Of a stretch of 64,000 nucleotides of DNA, positions 14,001 through 26,699 are shown piece by piece. The position numbers were made by a program, and so were the translations under genes. Source of the stretch: Ptychomitrium polyphyllum (taxonomy: Eukaryota); NCBI GenBank assembly GCA_973851085.1, contig OZ316776.1:14136001-14200000 (forward strand), in the 5' to 3' direction. How positions within the stretch are numbered: position 1 is the first letter of the stretch; each line of letters opens with the position of its first letter. The notes under the pieces were generated by a model, which did no database searches, had not been told where the DNA came from, and saw nothing but the letters and a program-made list of their open reading frames with translations.

Positions 14001-16200
14001 ACTTACATATCAAAAACAATACATGTCAAACACCGACTTAGCTACCAAGCCATGACTAAGGAGTTGGTGAAGAACTCAAACGAACTGCTTACCACAACCC
14101 TAACAACCTAAAGATGCCACTACCCTCAATAGTTTAAAAATAGATAAACAACTAGAAACTAAAAATTGATCAAATGCTCATGTTCACATTATCATAGGCA
14201 ACAAGCGGAAGCTAAACATGACAATATCTACACCAAACAAAGAGGGAAACGATCTAACAATGCAAAATTTCATTCAACCTCAACTGCTAAAGTACCACAC
14301 CATAAAAACTTCTGACAATAACTTCACAAAAAATATCCTTTGCCCAAAAATTAGAACATACCTTTTCACTGAGAGTAGAATGTACAGAAAGGATATCATT
14401 TGAAATTTGGCTCACATAGGGTACATTTCCTGCCATATTATCGAAATAAACTAAATCTTGTTTTAGTAAAGTCTGGACACCTTTGGAGCGAATTGCTGAT
14501 GTTTGTCTCTCCCCCGTGTATAGCCAACAGGCCACCTCTGTCAGGATGAAAATCATCTTCGTTAGAATCGTCAGCATTCTTTTAAGCGCAGTTTCTAGAA
14601 TAAGCACAATTTTTTCAACCCTTGGAGAACCCGCATCAAATCAATAAATCCGTATTCATCGACAGCTCTCCTCAGCCGGACCCTATACTACTAAATCCAC
14701 TAGGTACCTACGGCAACTTGACACTTCTGGGTGCACTGCAAGGGCTTAAGATAGCAACAACCACACAATGATCTTTCTCTATGCTAAACCCTGACGCTTC
14801 CAGATGTGTTCATCGATGTAATCCTAAGTATCGGCTCTGCACTACTAAATCCGAGAATAATCCATCGCTCCTTGGCACACCAATACATTATCAAGTAATG
14901 CTGAGAAATTTACCCATCCAACTCGCAACAAGCACTACTGCAGCAATATAGACTATGTACAGAACATGCTGCAACCACAAAGACGAGTAAAGAATCATTA
15001 TAACGTGCTGCTTCTTTCATGAGATGATAGCATATAAATAAAGACATCAGTTCCAAAGAGACCTACTTCGTAATAAGTGACTCACATAGCGGAGAGCTTG
15101 AATTGTTCAGATCAAGACCAACTCAGCAATGCCTCTTGTCATGAATCAGCGCCTGAACAACATGCTCTGTACTTTCCTCTAGGCATTAAGTGTCCTATCG
15201 AACATATACCACGTATATCAATGTGAATAAGAACAGTAAGTACTTTACCTTCAAAATATCCTCAGCTAGGCTATGCAAAATATTTGAAGAAAGTGATATC
15301 CCAGTGTTTGCATTAATATCTTGCTGATAGCTTCCAAATATATTGATTATTCTTCCCAAAACATACAAGTACAATGGCAGTGCAGCTCCATGAACTCCAG
15401 CCGCAATACTCCCCAATGTCATAAGAGTCCAGTCAAGCGCATCGGCATATGCAAAAAGCCTAAAGAAAGGAACGGATGGGGGAGGTGGTTCCTCTGTCTC
15501 TTGTTCGTCGTCCCCTAAGACAGCTTCTACCTGTAGTGCGATGAGTTAGAATTAGCTCCAACTAGGTTCCATAATATGCTCAAGAAGTAAACCTAAAGAC
15601 CTTATTCCGAAAGGGTAATGAGTAATATTAAATGATACCTGCACTTCTTGTGAGGACCAAGGAACGAAATGTTGCACAGATTCCGCTTAAACCTTTACCT
15701 CTTTCCAACTACTATGTTAGGGTTCATTCTAAAGTTTAAGCACAGACTTAAAATATCCTACGCTAAATCATGTCAAAGATATCTTCATAAAGGAGACCAT
15801 CCTTTCTTCAGCTTTTGAGGATGCCGCAGGGCCAAAGGACTTGTAATAGATTGAAAGGTTAATAACAAAGATCATCTTGATTGGTTATTCTACAACACTT
15901 AGGCCTGCAGCTCAGGGTGAAGAACAATTCAATTCTCCGTCTCCCGTTCAGACAAAAATGCATTATTGAATCTTCAAGGCCGAAATTGAACGATGTTCTG
16001 GAAGTCATCGAAACATTCAAAGCATAAAAAGAAAGAATTAAGAGCCGAGGATTTGGATTCACCTGCTCACGAGTCTCAAGAATGCCATCCAAATACGGGT
16101 ACGGAGAAGGTGACTCTGGTGGTTCTGAAACTTCCGACACTGGAGTCAGAGGTTGAATATGCGGGGGCGACATCCCAAACAGAGTCCTAGAGAGATTCAT
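8098..16200 (-). CDS. ABCB20: Full-size ABC transporter subfamily B (MDR/PGP), ABCB6/ABCB20 clade, 13 coding exons
   Basis: N-terminus [34 protein letters not shown] and linker [24 protein letters not shown] are hallmarks of ABCB6/20. TMD-NBD-TMD-NBD layout with Walker A GSNGSGKS and GTAGSGKS. Exons ~16200-16063, 15530-15249, 14968-14914, 14537-14362, 13980-13780, 13449-13190, 12812-12493, 12044-11824, 11570-11230, 10956-10193, 9940-9699, 9472-8970, 8824-8098. Confidence 0.9.
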
Positions 16201-17339
16201 TGTGCCCTACTTTCGCAATAACTGTTTTAACACGAACGCTATCCCCTACCACATGCCCTAGAATGAAAGTCTGCTCCCCTGTGTTGCCCTGAGAAGTCTG
16301 ATTCTGTAACGTAACGAGTTAGCTGTCTGGCGCGAGCTAGCGGTTGCAGAAAATTCAGCTCCCTGACGTGCCCTTTCAAAGCTTTATGCAGGATCGGTTT
16401 CCTCGCCATCATCGTCCATGGCATACAATCAATCACTTCCTCGCGCTCTCTAATTAAACCGAATGCTCAAATCCGCACAAGCGATACCGTCTTCTGATTC
16501 TCCTCCTTCCTTCACTTCGTTCAGATTACCTCCCCTTCTAATGTATACAGAGTTGTCCCTGCTCCACTTCTTTCTGCATACCTCACCTATTTATGGCCTC
16601 GAGTGGCAATAACTGGACACTTCACTTCAGTCCGTCCCAGAGCTCACTCATCTTAATTCAGCACATTTGTTCAACGCTCAAAACTTGATATACGCCGCTC
16701 CTGCGCACCAATAGTATCCCCAATGCATAGAGGTCCTTCGTCCATAGAATGTTGTTCTTCGGGATCATCGTTAGCTCATTGTGCACGCTCGCAAACTTCC
16801 ATATACCTACTTCACACATTTAATATTGCTTCGCTTAGTCGAATTCTACGAGATCCGACATTTAGACATCTCTCTCTGATTTATGCATCACAGCATGCCA
16901 ACACAGCCATACCACCAAGGTATCAGATTTATTGCAGATCTACATACTGGATATCATGTTTGGGATTACCTACACATACTCACGGTCATACTGATTTGAA
17001 ATATTCTGAGAACCTCTATCTCTCTTTGACGATACTTGTTATGTGTGTGTTGCTTGGAAATATACACCATATCTACAAGGTGGGCGTCAGAGCAATGACT
17101 ACGCTTTAACCTCTTCTTTACTGAACTAAGGTTATAGGGGTAGCTTGATAAAATCAGCTAGGTATAAATCAATGTAAAAGCATTTCAAGTCCCACCCTCC
17201 CCCAATCTTGTTGATTACACTACTGCAGACTGTAGCATACACCTGCATATTGCTTTGTATGATGATGGTGAGATAAGACCAATATCATTAGCCCTGCCTT
17301 GGTTGGGAATACAAAAGTTCAAGAGTAGTCAGAAAATGC

Positions 17340-18700
17340 CTTATATTAAAGTGTGACGTAACTGTGCTTCCTCCCGCTCCCGTTCAGTTCGATGATCGAC
17401 CTCACACGATACCTCCTCCTTATCATCCCCTGCTAATCCTCCCACACCAGGCACCTCTCCTTCCCCTAGCGCCCCTCCTCTCTTGTTTCGTAAAAATTTG
17501 CAAAGCCACACTCCCGTCCCCGCGCTCCTAAGCAAGCAACTCCATGCTTCGCTACTTCTGTCCGCCCTGGTCCGTCGCCTAACTTCACGGCACCAGTTCG
17601 ACCACGTCCTCGCGTCACCAAACCTAAGTTATTCGTCCTCTGTATCCCCGCACTGTACCTCCTTGCCTGCAACCAAAAACTAATTCTCGCGTCCACAAAC
17701 TTGGAACACACGCAAACTTGTTCAAATCGCCACGAAAATTCTCGACAAAAAGCGTGTTCTGGCTCGAATACGCTCCGGAAGCGAGGCTGCAGAGTCCGAC
17801 ACGCTGCCCGGAGATCAACAGATCGCTGCAACGACCGAAGCTGTCTGCACTCCTCACTCATTACTGCTGGAGCTCTCCATTTACTCCCCCCCACCATCAC
17901 CACCTTCTATCACCTCCCTCCCCATACTCCATCCTCCGGTCGCTGCTCCCATTTCCTCCTCTACCATTCTCCGCACGTCGGACGCCAGTAATTTTCTCTT
18001 GTGACCGCAAGGCGTCGTCTGAGGTCAGGTCGTCCGTCAATCCCTCGCTCTGTCTGACGCCTGACACCCTATTTCTGCGCATGATCGCCGGCTGTTGGAC
18101 GGGGGCAGTTTTCGCCTCTGACCCACGGTTGTAGTTCCTCCTTGACCCGTTCGCTTGACGAAATGGATGTTCTCGGAGAGTTCGCGGACGCAAACGCAGG
18201 CTTTTACCAGGAGAACCAGGGGTTGGGTCAACGAAGCGAGCGAAGACTTAGAATTCCTTTCTAGCCTTTCCCGGAGAGCTCACTCAACGGACATATAGCC
18301 TTCCTCAGAGTTGTGCGACCGTTGTACGGCGTACAAAAAACATTCCCGAATGTACACATGGCTGCTCGCGACGTCCTCCAGTACTAGCTTCCTACTGCTG
18401 GTTACAGAAATTGAATACTCTTCACACACGGCGTGAAGGAGCTTCAGCGATCTTTCTAGTTCAAGTACGTACGGCTGGTCAAAAAGAGAGTGAATGTGGC
18501 CCTTGAGCGACCACGGAACAGAATGATGGTCATTAACTAGAATTCCAAATTTGGTAGTATGTTTACAAGCGACCGGTCGAAAGAGCGCAGCCCTCAGATT
18601 CTACACTGCTCGGAAGGCGTTAAGGAAAAGGAAAGGGATACAGTAAATCGTTGGAACGTGACTGCGGTATTCGAAATATGGGTAGTACAATGGGAATACG
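17340..18700 (-). promoter_or_regulatory. GC-rich island, probable promoter and non-coding 5' exon(s) of the ABCB gene
   Basis: Sharp GC/CpG-rich stretch 1-2.5 kb upstream of the ABCB ATG, bordering AT-rich DNA. No convincing protein in any frame. Confidence 0.4.
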
Positions 18701-19661
18701 TTCGTTGAATCCAGACTAACTTCTTGGCATACTGCACCAAAAAGTCTATTTAGCATCATTTACTTTGCATTTGTTTTCATTCACTCTCATTCACTCATGG
18801 TTGTAACATCTTGTCAAAAGTGAATTCTTTTTTCTGAAATATATGTCGCAATCCTACAACATGAGCAATATCAATACAAATTTTTTAAACAAACTTTTTT
18901 ATTACGGACAAAATATAAGAACTTTAAGTAAATCAAAAGTAATCACATTAAATAAACTTCTTCATGCACATAATGTTTTGAGATGTCATAGTGCATGATT
19001 CCTTATAACACTTGTTTTATAAAGAATGAATACAAATTTATTCTAATAGATTCCTTTCATGATTGATAACTCTACATTCAAATGAAATTATGCAAATGTG
19101 ATACACATTCTTGTGAATTTCTTACCCCCATATTCATTAGTAAAGATCATGCCTCTTAATTGGATGATTAGCAAGTAGTGCCAAGACAACTTATGTAAAA
19201 AGACAAAAATGGCATAGCCTATTAAATTGGCAGTTTCTATTGACTTTGCAATCTTTTGAGATACAAAGAACAACTTTAATTTCTTTAAACACAATGGATT
19301 CATTTCATATATATATAATGCTCTAGCACCAATTTTAATTTAATTACCTTAATATTTATGAAAGTTTGTTATTTAAGAATTCTATTATTCATAGAAAAAA
19401 TGTTGAAATCCACCAACTTTTAGGATTCTTACCATTGACATAAATTTTTATATATTGATAATCTATTATGGTGTTGATAAATGAACAACAAAATTTTTGT
19501 GTAGTCTCCAAAACATGGTATTCATTGATACCAATAAAATGATGGCAATTAATAGCAATCCAATTCAATGATGACCTGAAGTCAATTGAAACATGCAAGT
19601 TCATTACTCCATTTACAAACTGGAATCAAATTTAAAATGCAAAATTAGTAGAATTATCAAG

Positions 19662-20184
19662 GAACTAGAGCAATGTAAGCAACAATATTAGAGGAAAGTA
19701 GGAAAAGTATAATCAAGTTTCTTTTTATTGATGAGGCTAGATTCTTGCAGAATAAAATATGATAAAATTTTGGTGGATATTAGACTTGTAATTTTTGTGT
19801 AGTCTCCAAAACATGATATTTGGTGCATATATTTGCTTTTAATTACCAATCTAATAAGAAATGAAGAAAAATTAGACTTGTCTAAATTGGAATTCCATAT
19901 ATATATATTAGAGGACTAGAGCAATGTAAGCAACAATATTAGAGGAAAGTAGGAAAAGTATAATCAAGTTTCTTTTTATTGATGAGGCTAGATTCTTGCA
20001 GAATAAAATATGATAAAATTTTGGTGGATATTAGACTTGTAATTTTTGTGTAGTCTCCAAAACATGATATTTGGTGCATATATTTGCTTTTAATTACCAA
20101 TCTAATAAGAAATGAAGAAAAATTAGACTTAATTACCAATCTAATAAGAAATGAAGAAAAATAGATCGTCTAAATTGGAATTCC

Positions 20185-20216
<32 letters not shown>

Positions 20217-20926
20217 ATATACATAACATCATTTATAAAAATAAATCATCTAATATTGTAATTATATTGAGTTTCAAAAAGTACTATACTAATATATTAT
20301 GTATTATATATAAGTACTATATGAACATATTATGTATTATGTATTATGTATTATATATAAATTTCTTTTTATTGATGAGGCTAGATTCCATATATATATA
20401 TTAGAGGACTAGAGCAATGTAAGCAACAATATTAGAGGAAAGTAGGAAAAGTATAATCAAGTTTCTTTTTATTGATGAGGCTAGATTCTTGCAGAATAAA
20501 ATATGATAAAATTTTGGTGGATATTAGACTTGTAATTTTTGTGTAGTCTCCAAAACATGATATTTGGTGCATATATTTGCTTTTAATTACCAATCTAATA
20601 AGAAATGAAGAAAAATTAGACTTGTCTAAATTGGAATTCCATATATATATATTAGAGGACTAGAGCAATGTAAGCAACAATATTAGAGGAAAGTAGGAAA
20701 AGTATAATCAAGTTTCTTTTTATTGATGAGGCTAGATTCTTGCAGAATAAAATATGATAAAATTTTGGTGGATATTAGACTTGTAATTTTTGTGTAGTCT
20801 CCAAAACATGATATTTGGTGCATATATTTGCTTTTAATTACCAATCTAATAAGAAATGAAGAAAAATTAGACTTAATTACCAATCTAATAAGAAATGAAG
20901 AAAAATAGATCGTCTAAATTGGAATT

Positions 20927-20977
<51 letters not shown>

Positions 20978-21600
20978 ACATCATTTATAAAAATAAATCA
21001 TCTAATATTGTAATTATATTGAGTTTCAAAAAGTATTATACTAATATATTATGTATTATATATAAGTACTATATGAACATATTATGTATTATGTATTATG
21101 TATTATATATAAATTTCTTTTTATTGATGAGGCTAGATTCCATATATATATATTAGAGGACTAGAGCAATGTAAGCAACAATATTAGAGGAAAGTAGGAA
21201 AAGTATAATCAAGTTTCTTTTTATTGATGAGGCTAGATTCTTGCAGAATAAAATATGATAAAATTTTGGTGGATATTAGACTTGTAATTTTTGTGTAGTC
21301 TCCAAAACATGATATTTGGTGCATATATTTGCTTTTAATTACCAATCTAATAAGAAATGAAGAAAAATTAGACTTAATTACCAATCTAATAAGAAATGAA
21401 GAAAAATAGATCGTCTAAATTGGAATTCCATATATATATATATATATATATATACATAACATCATTTATAAAAATAAATCATCTAATATTGTAATTATAT
21501 TGAGTTTCAAAAAGTACTATACTAATATATTATGTATTATATATAAGTACTATATGAACATATTATGTATTATGTATTATGTATTATATATAAATATGTA
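19662..21600. repeat. Complex tandem duplication, order A-A'-B-A-A'-B-A'-B, with (TA)n at junctions
   Basis: Unit A (CTAGAGCAATGTAAGCAACAATATTAGAGG...) at ~19662, 19909, 20401, 20651, 21151. Unit B (ACATAACATCATTTAT...) at ~20221, 20972, 21453. The same 66-aa ORF is called three times. Confidence 0.92.
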
Positions 21601-22816
21601 TATTATATATTATGTATTATGTATCAAAAACTATTATATCAATATATTATGTATTATGTATAAGTATTCCATTAAATACCATTTTGAATTTTATTATTTC
21701 ATTTAAATTATTTATTTAAGAAATTTTAATAAGTATACTTATTAAATAGCTAAAATATTATGTTTTTAGGCATTCACAATGAGGAAGACAACAACACTTA
21801 TATATATTTTAATTTTTAAAATATTATTACTTGTATATACAAATTTATATTAGGTCAATTATTTAATTTAATAAACTTGATGATATCGTAAATATGAAAT
21901 GTCATTCAAGGAATTTTGGGACATTGTTATTAAAGAAAAAATCATCAATTAAACTGAAGGGATGGCTTGTATTAAATGGCCTTTTAATTTATTTTATGTT
22001 CATTTATAATGTATTTCCTTAATAATAACTTACTTCCATCATAAAAACTTACTTCCAATGCATTTACAACCTCTATAGCATGTAAAAATGGAATTGCAAA
22101 ATGTCACAATACCAATAGGAAACTATCATATTAAAAGGAGATTCTAAAATTATAATGGTTGCATAAAAATGTATTATGTAATTGAAGCTCTATACTATAA
22201 AGAGTTATAATAAAAAAAAGTCAAGGTGTTTTATAAGAAGGAATGTACTTTGAAAGGACTTCTATGCTATTAAGCTTGTTGAAAGTCTAAGAAAGCTTTG
22301 GAAAATTGATATCCTATGTGTTTGGATATAATTTCAAGAATTTCCATATTGCGTGTTAAGGTTTAGAATTTATTCATTAAGTTGGTTATAATATGAAGGG
22401 TTTATGAGTTGTTACTAAGGCAAAGTACACTTGACCATATGAGATTGCTATTGAAGGAATTAAAACAAGGTATTACTAGATACAAAGAGCCATGTGGAAT
22501 TTAATAGTCAACATCAAATATTAATGTAAAACTGGTTATGTAAACTTCATAATATATTAGTTGTTATATCTGCATCACGACCCTCCAGAGCTAAGGTATA
22601 AAGCTCATGATATTTCCATAAATAGCTATAACTTCATCTATCATAATCCATAACATTACATTCTTTAATAATAATGACAGTTGAGTATTCTAGAGATTAT
22701 TTTAGAGATTGTTCTAGAGTCAAGAGGCTTGAGCTCCCTGTAGTTCTTCCATCTGATGTGCATTTACCTCGCCATTTAGGAGAGCAAAGGTGTGTTAGAT
22801 TCTGTTTACAGTATCT

Positions 22817-25073
22817 GCATTGAGCATTGGGCATTGGGCATTGGGCATTGAGCATTGGGCATTGGGCATTGAGCATTGAGCATTGAGCATTGAGCATTGA
22901 GCATTGGGCGTTGGGCATTGAGCATTGGGCATTGAGCATTGAGCATTGCGCATTGAGCATTGGGCATTGGGCATTGGGCATTGGGCATTGAGCATTGAGC
23001 ATTGAGCATTGAGCATTGGGCATTGGGCATTGAGCATTGGGCATTGGGCATTGAGTATTGGGCATTGAGCATTGCGCATTGCGCATTGAGCATTGGGCAT
23101 TGGGCATTGGGCATTGGGCATTGAGCATTGAGCATTGAGCATTGAGCATTGAGCATTGAGCATTGCGCATTGAGCATTGCGCATTGGGCATTGAGCATTG
23201 GGCATTGGGCATTGAGCATTGAGCATTGAGCATTGAGCATTGAGCATTGAGCATTGCGCATTGAGCATTGAGCATTGAGCATTGAGCATTGAGCATTGCG
23301 CATTGAGCATTGAGCATTGAGCATTGAGCATTGAGCATTGAGCATTGAGCATTGAGCATTGAGCATTGAGCATTGAGCATTGAGCATTGAGCATTGAGCA
23401 TTGAGCATTGAGCATTGAGCATTGAGCATTGAGCATTGAGCATTGAGCATTGAGCATTGAGCATTGAGCATTGAGCATTGAGCATTGAGCATTGAGCATT
23501 GAGCATTGAGCATTGAGCATTGAGCATTGAGCATTGAGCATTGAGCATTGAGCATTGAGCATTGAGCATTGAGCATTGAGCATTGAGCATTGAGCATTGA
23601 GCATTGAGCATTGAGCATTGAGCATTGAGCATTGAGCATTGAGCATTGAGCATTGAGCATTGAGCATTGGGCATTGGGCATTGAGCATTGGGCATTGCGC
23701 ATTGGGCATTGGGCATTGAGCATTGGGCATTGAGCATTGGGCATTGAGCATTGCGCATTGGGCATTGAGCATTGCGCATTGAGCATTGAGCATTGAGCAT
23801 TGAGCATTGAGCATTGAGCATTGAGCATTGAGCATTGAGCATTGAGCATTGAGCATTGAGCATTGAGCATTGAGCATTGAGCATTGAGCATTGAGCATTG
23901 AGCATTGAGCATTGAGCATTGAGCATTGAGCATTGAGCATTGAGCATTGAGCATTGAGCATTGAGCATTGAGCATTGAGCATTGAGCATTGAGCATTGAG
24001 CATTGAGCATTGAGCATTGAGCATTGAGCATTGGGCATTGGGCATTGAGCATTGGGCATTGCGCATTGGGCATTGGGCATTGAGCATTGGGCATTGAGCA
24101 TTGGGCATTGAGCATTGCGCATTGGGCATTGAGCATTGCGCATTGAGCATTGAGCATTGAGCATTGAGCATTGAGCATTGAGCATTGAGCATTGAGCATT
24201 GAGCATTGAGCATTGAGCATTGAGCATTGAGCATTGAGCATTGAGCATTGAGCATTGAGCATTGAGCATTGAGCATTGAGCATTGAGCATTGAGCATTGA
24301 GCATTGAGCATTGAGCATTGAGCATTGAGCATTGAGCATTGAGCATTGAGCATTGAGCATTGAGCATTGAGCATTGAGCATTGAGCATTGAGCATTGAGC
24401 ATTGAGCATTGAGCATTGAGCATTGAGCATTGAGCATTGAGCATTGAGCATTGAGCATTGAGCATTGAGCATTGAGCATTGAGCATTGAGCATTGAGCAT
24501 TGAGCATTGAGCATTGAGCATTGAGCATTGAGCATTGAGCATTGAGCATTGAGCATTGAGCATTGAGCATTGCGCATTGGGCATTGCGCATTGGGCATTG
24601 CGCATTGGGCATTGCGCATTGAGCATTGCGCATTGGGCATTGAGCATTGCGCATTGAGCATTGGGCATTGAGCATTGAGCATTGAGCATTGAGCATTGAG
24701 CATTGAGCATTGAGCATTGAGCATTGAGCATTGAGCATTGAGCATTGAGCATTGAGCATTGAGCATTGAGCATTGAGCATTGAGCATTGAGCATTGAGCA
24801 TTGAGCATTGAGCATTGAGCATTGAGCATTGAGCATTGAGCATTGAGCATTGAGCATTGAGCATTGAGCATTGAGCATTGAGCATTGAGCATTGAGCATT
24901 GAGCATTGAGCATTGAGCATTGAGCATTGAGCATTGAGCATTGAGCATTGAGCATTGAGCATTGAGCATTGAGCATTGAGCATTGAGCATTGCGCATTGG
25001 GCATTGGGCATTGAGCATTGGGCATTGAGCATTGAGCATTGAGCATTGAGCATTGAGCATTGAGCATTGAGCA
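22817..25073. repeat. Heptamer satellite (GCATTGA)n with GCATTGG and GCATTGC variants, ~320 units
   Basis: Uninterrupted 2257-bp array with 7-bp period. Confidence 0.98.
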
Positions 25074-26699
25074 CTGTGGGTTCAAAGTCACCAATGGTCC
25101 GTCCAACTTTTGACCTCCGGACCATAATGGTTACTTCTTTCCTCGGGAATCTTCATTGTACTTATTCAAAGACATGAAGACACTCAAAATATATTTGATG
25201 TTGATAAGGGACGACGAGGGAAGTACAATGTAACATAAAACTGCCCTAAAGCACTCAAGACCTACTCTATCCCTGCTGTTGTAGATGTGTTTATTTTAAA
25301 ACAAAAAACGTTCTTTTTATAATATGAAAATAATGTGGAGTTTTCGGGCACTTTTGGGCAGTTCTACCTTGAAAATCATGTGAATTATTTAAAGATCATC
25401 TTTGTTATTATTATTGCATTGGTTGGTTTATTTGATATGAGTTATATTTACAACAAGATCTTCACGTTAATGGAATAAATATGAATTGCAAGATGTGATA
25501 ATTGAAGTTATTCAAACTAAATGTCAATGTCAATGGTAATATAGATGATATGTCACCTGCATTAATACTTTACTATTTAAAATATTATAAAATGAATAGA
25601 ATCTACTATATCAAGATTGAATTCTAATAAAATTCCAAATTTTATTTTCATGTATAAAGTTCTTAGAATCATTTATTGAATATAAAATTACTTTGAATTT
25701 CTGAATGAAATATAGAAATGAAATTCATTCAAATAATAAAACATAATAATAAAAAAATAAAATCCCATACACTCATGTTAAAATAAAGATTCTAATTTAC
25801 TTCATAATGTCCAAATTTTTGTTAGTAATCTTGAATTATGATGGAAAAATCTAAAAGCATAGAAAAATAATATGAAATTTATAATATTACCTATTTAGCT
25901 TGTAACTATTTTAAATTACTCAACTTTAGAAGCTTTTCAACAATCAAAATTTAAGTAAAAACTTAACTTTTTAAGTTATATAATATTAATTGAATTCAAA
26001 TACAACTATTTTTTTTTATAGTCATAATTGCATTTTAATAGTCAAAAATTAGAAATCTTTTCAATATTGATGATTTTGGCTTAAATAAAACATTCAAAAT
26101 CATAAAGACAATGTTTTAAAAATTTTATAGCGCCACTAAATATAATTCTCATTAATTTATTACAAAACATTATAAACTAATAAAAACCAAATAAATGAAA
26201 ATTTTGAATGATTTAAAATTATTATCAAAGCTAATTTGGTTGTTTAGATGTTTGGGCAATGAAGTGATTTTAAAGCCTTGTTTTTTTTAATTGTTTAGTA
26301 TATTGGAAACAACAAAGCCCAAATTTCTTTCTTGATTATTTTTCCATACTTGAGTTATGCTTGTAATATTTATTTTTTAAATACATTTTGTACATGTCCA
26401 TATAAAAATACATAGTTCATCAATACAAACTTTATATGGAAAGTAAGAATATTAACGAAAATAAAAAGATAGCTTGTAAATTCATCAATACAAATAATTT
26501 CAAAGCTTCATTTTCCTTTTTTTGGATACAATTATGATGGTTGATAAAAAAACGTTCTTCAATTAAATTATTATATAATTGATTTTATTGCAAGTATTAC
26601 AAGAATTAATAATAGGATAATTTTTTTTTACCTACTATATTAAAAAATCACTTATAATATCTATTACTATATCTTGCCAATATTTGTCTCAAATCTATC

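Noticed and set aside
17341..18231. Several 60-145-aa ORFs upstream of ABCB
   Set aside because: They overlap on both strands, have no recognisable domain and are typical of a GC-rich 5' region.
19939..21384. Three identical 66-aa ORFs as a small gene family
   Set aside because: They arise from the AT-rich tandem duplication, use non-ATG starts and show no domain.
22817..25073. Interstitial telomere
   Set aside because: The unit is GCATTG[A/G/C], not TTTAGGG or a close variant, and the main unit has no G-run.
22697..25125. Three 766-787-aa ORFs of (MLNAQCS)n
   Set aside because: A 7-bp unit lacking stops on the minus strand is automatically open in all three frames. There is no evidence of a real gene.
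25154..25230. Inverted repeat CATTGTACTT/AAGTACAATG beside the satellite (miRNA-like hairpin)
   Set aside because: Only a 10-bp stem with poor extension, compatible with chance.
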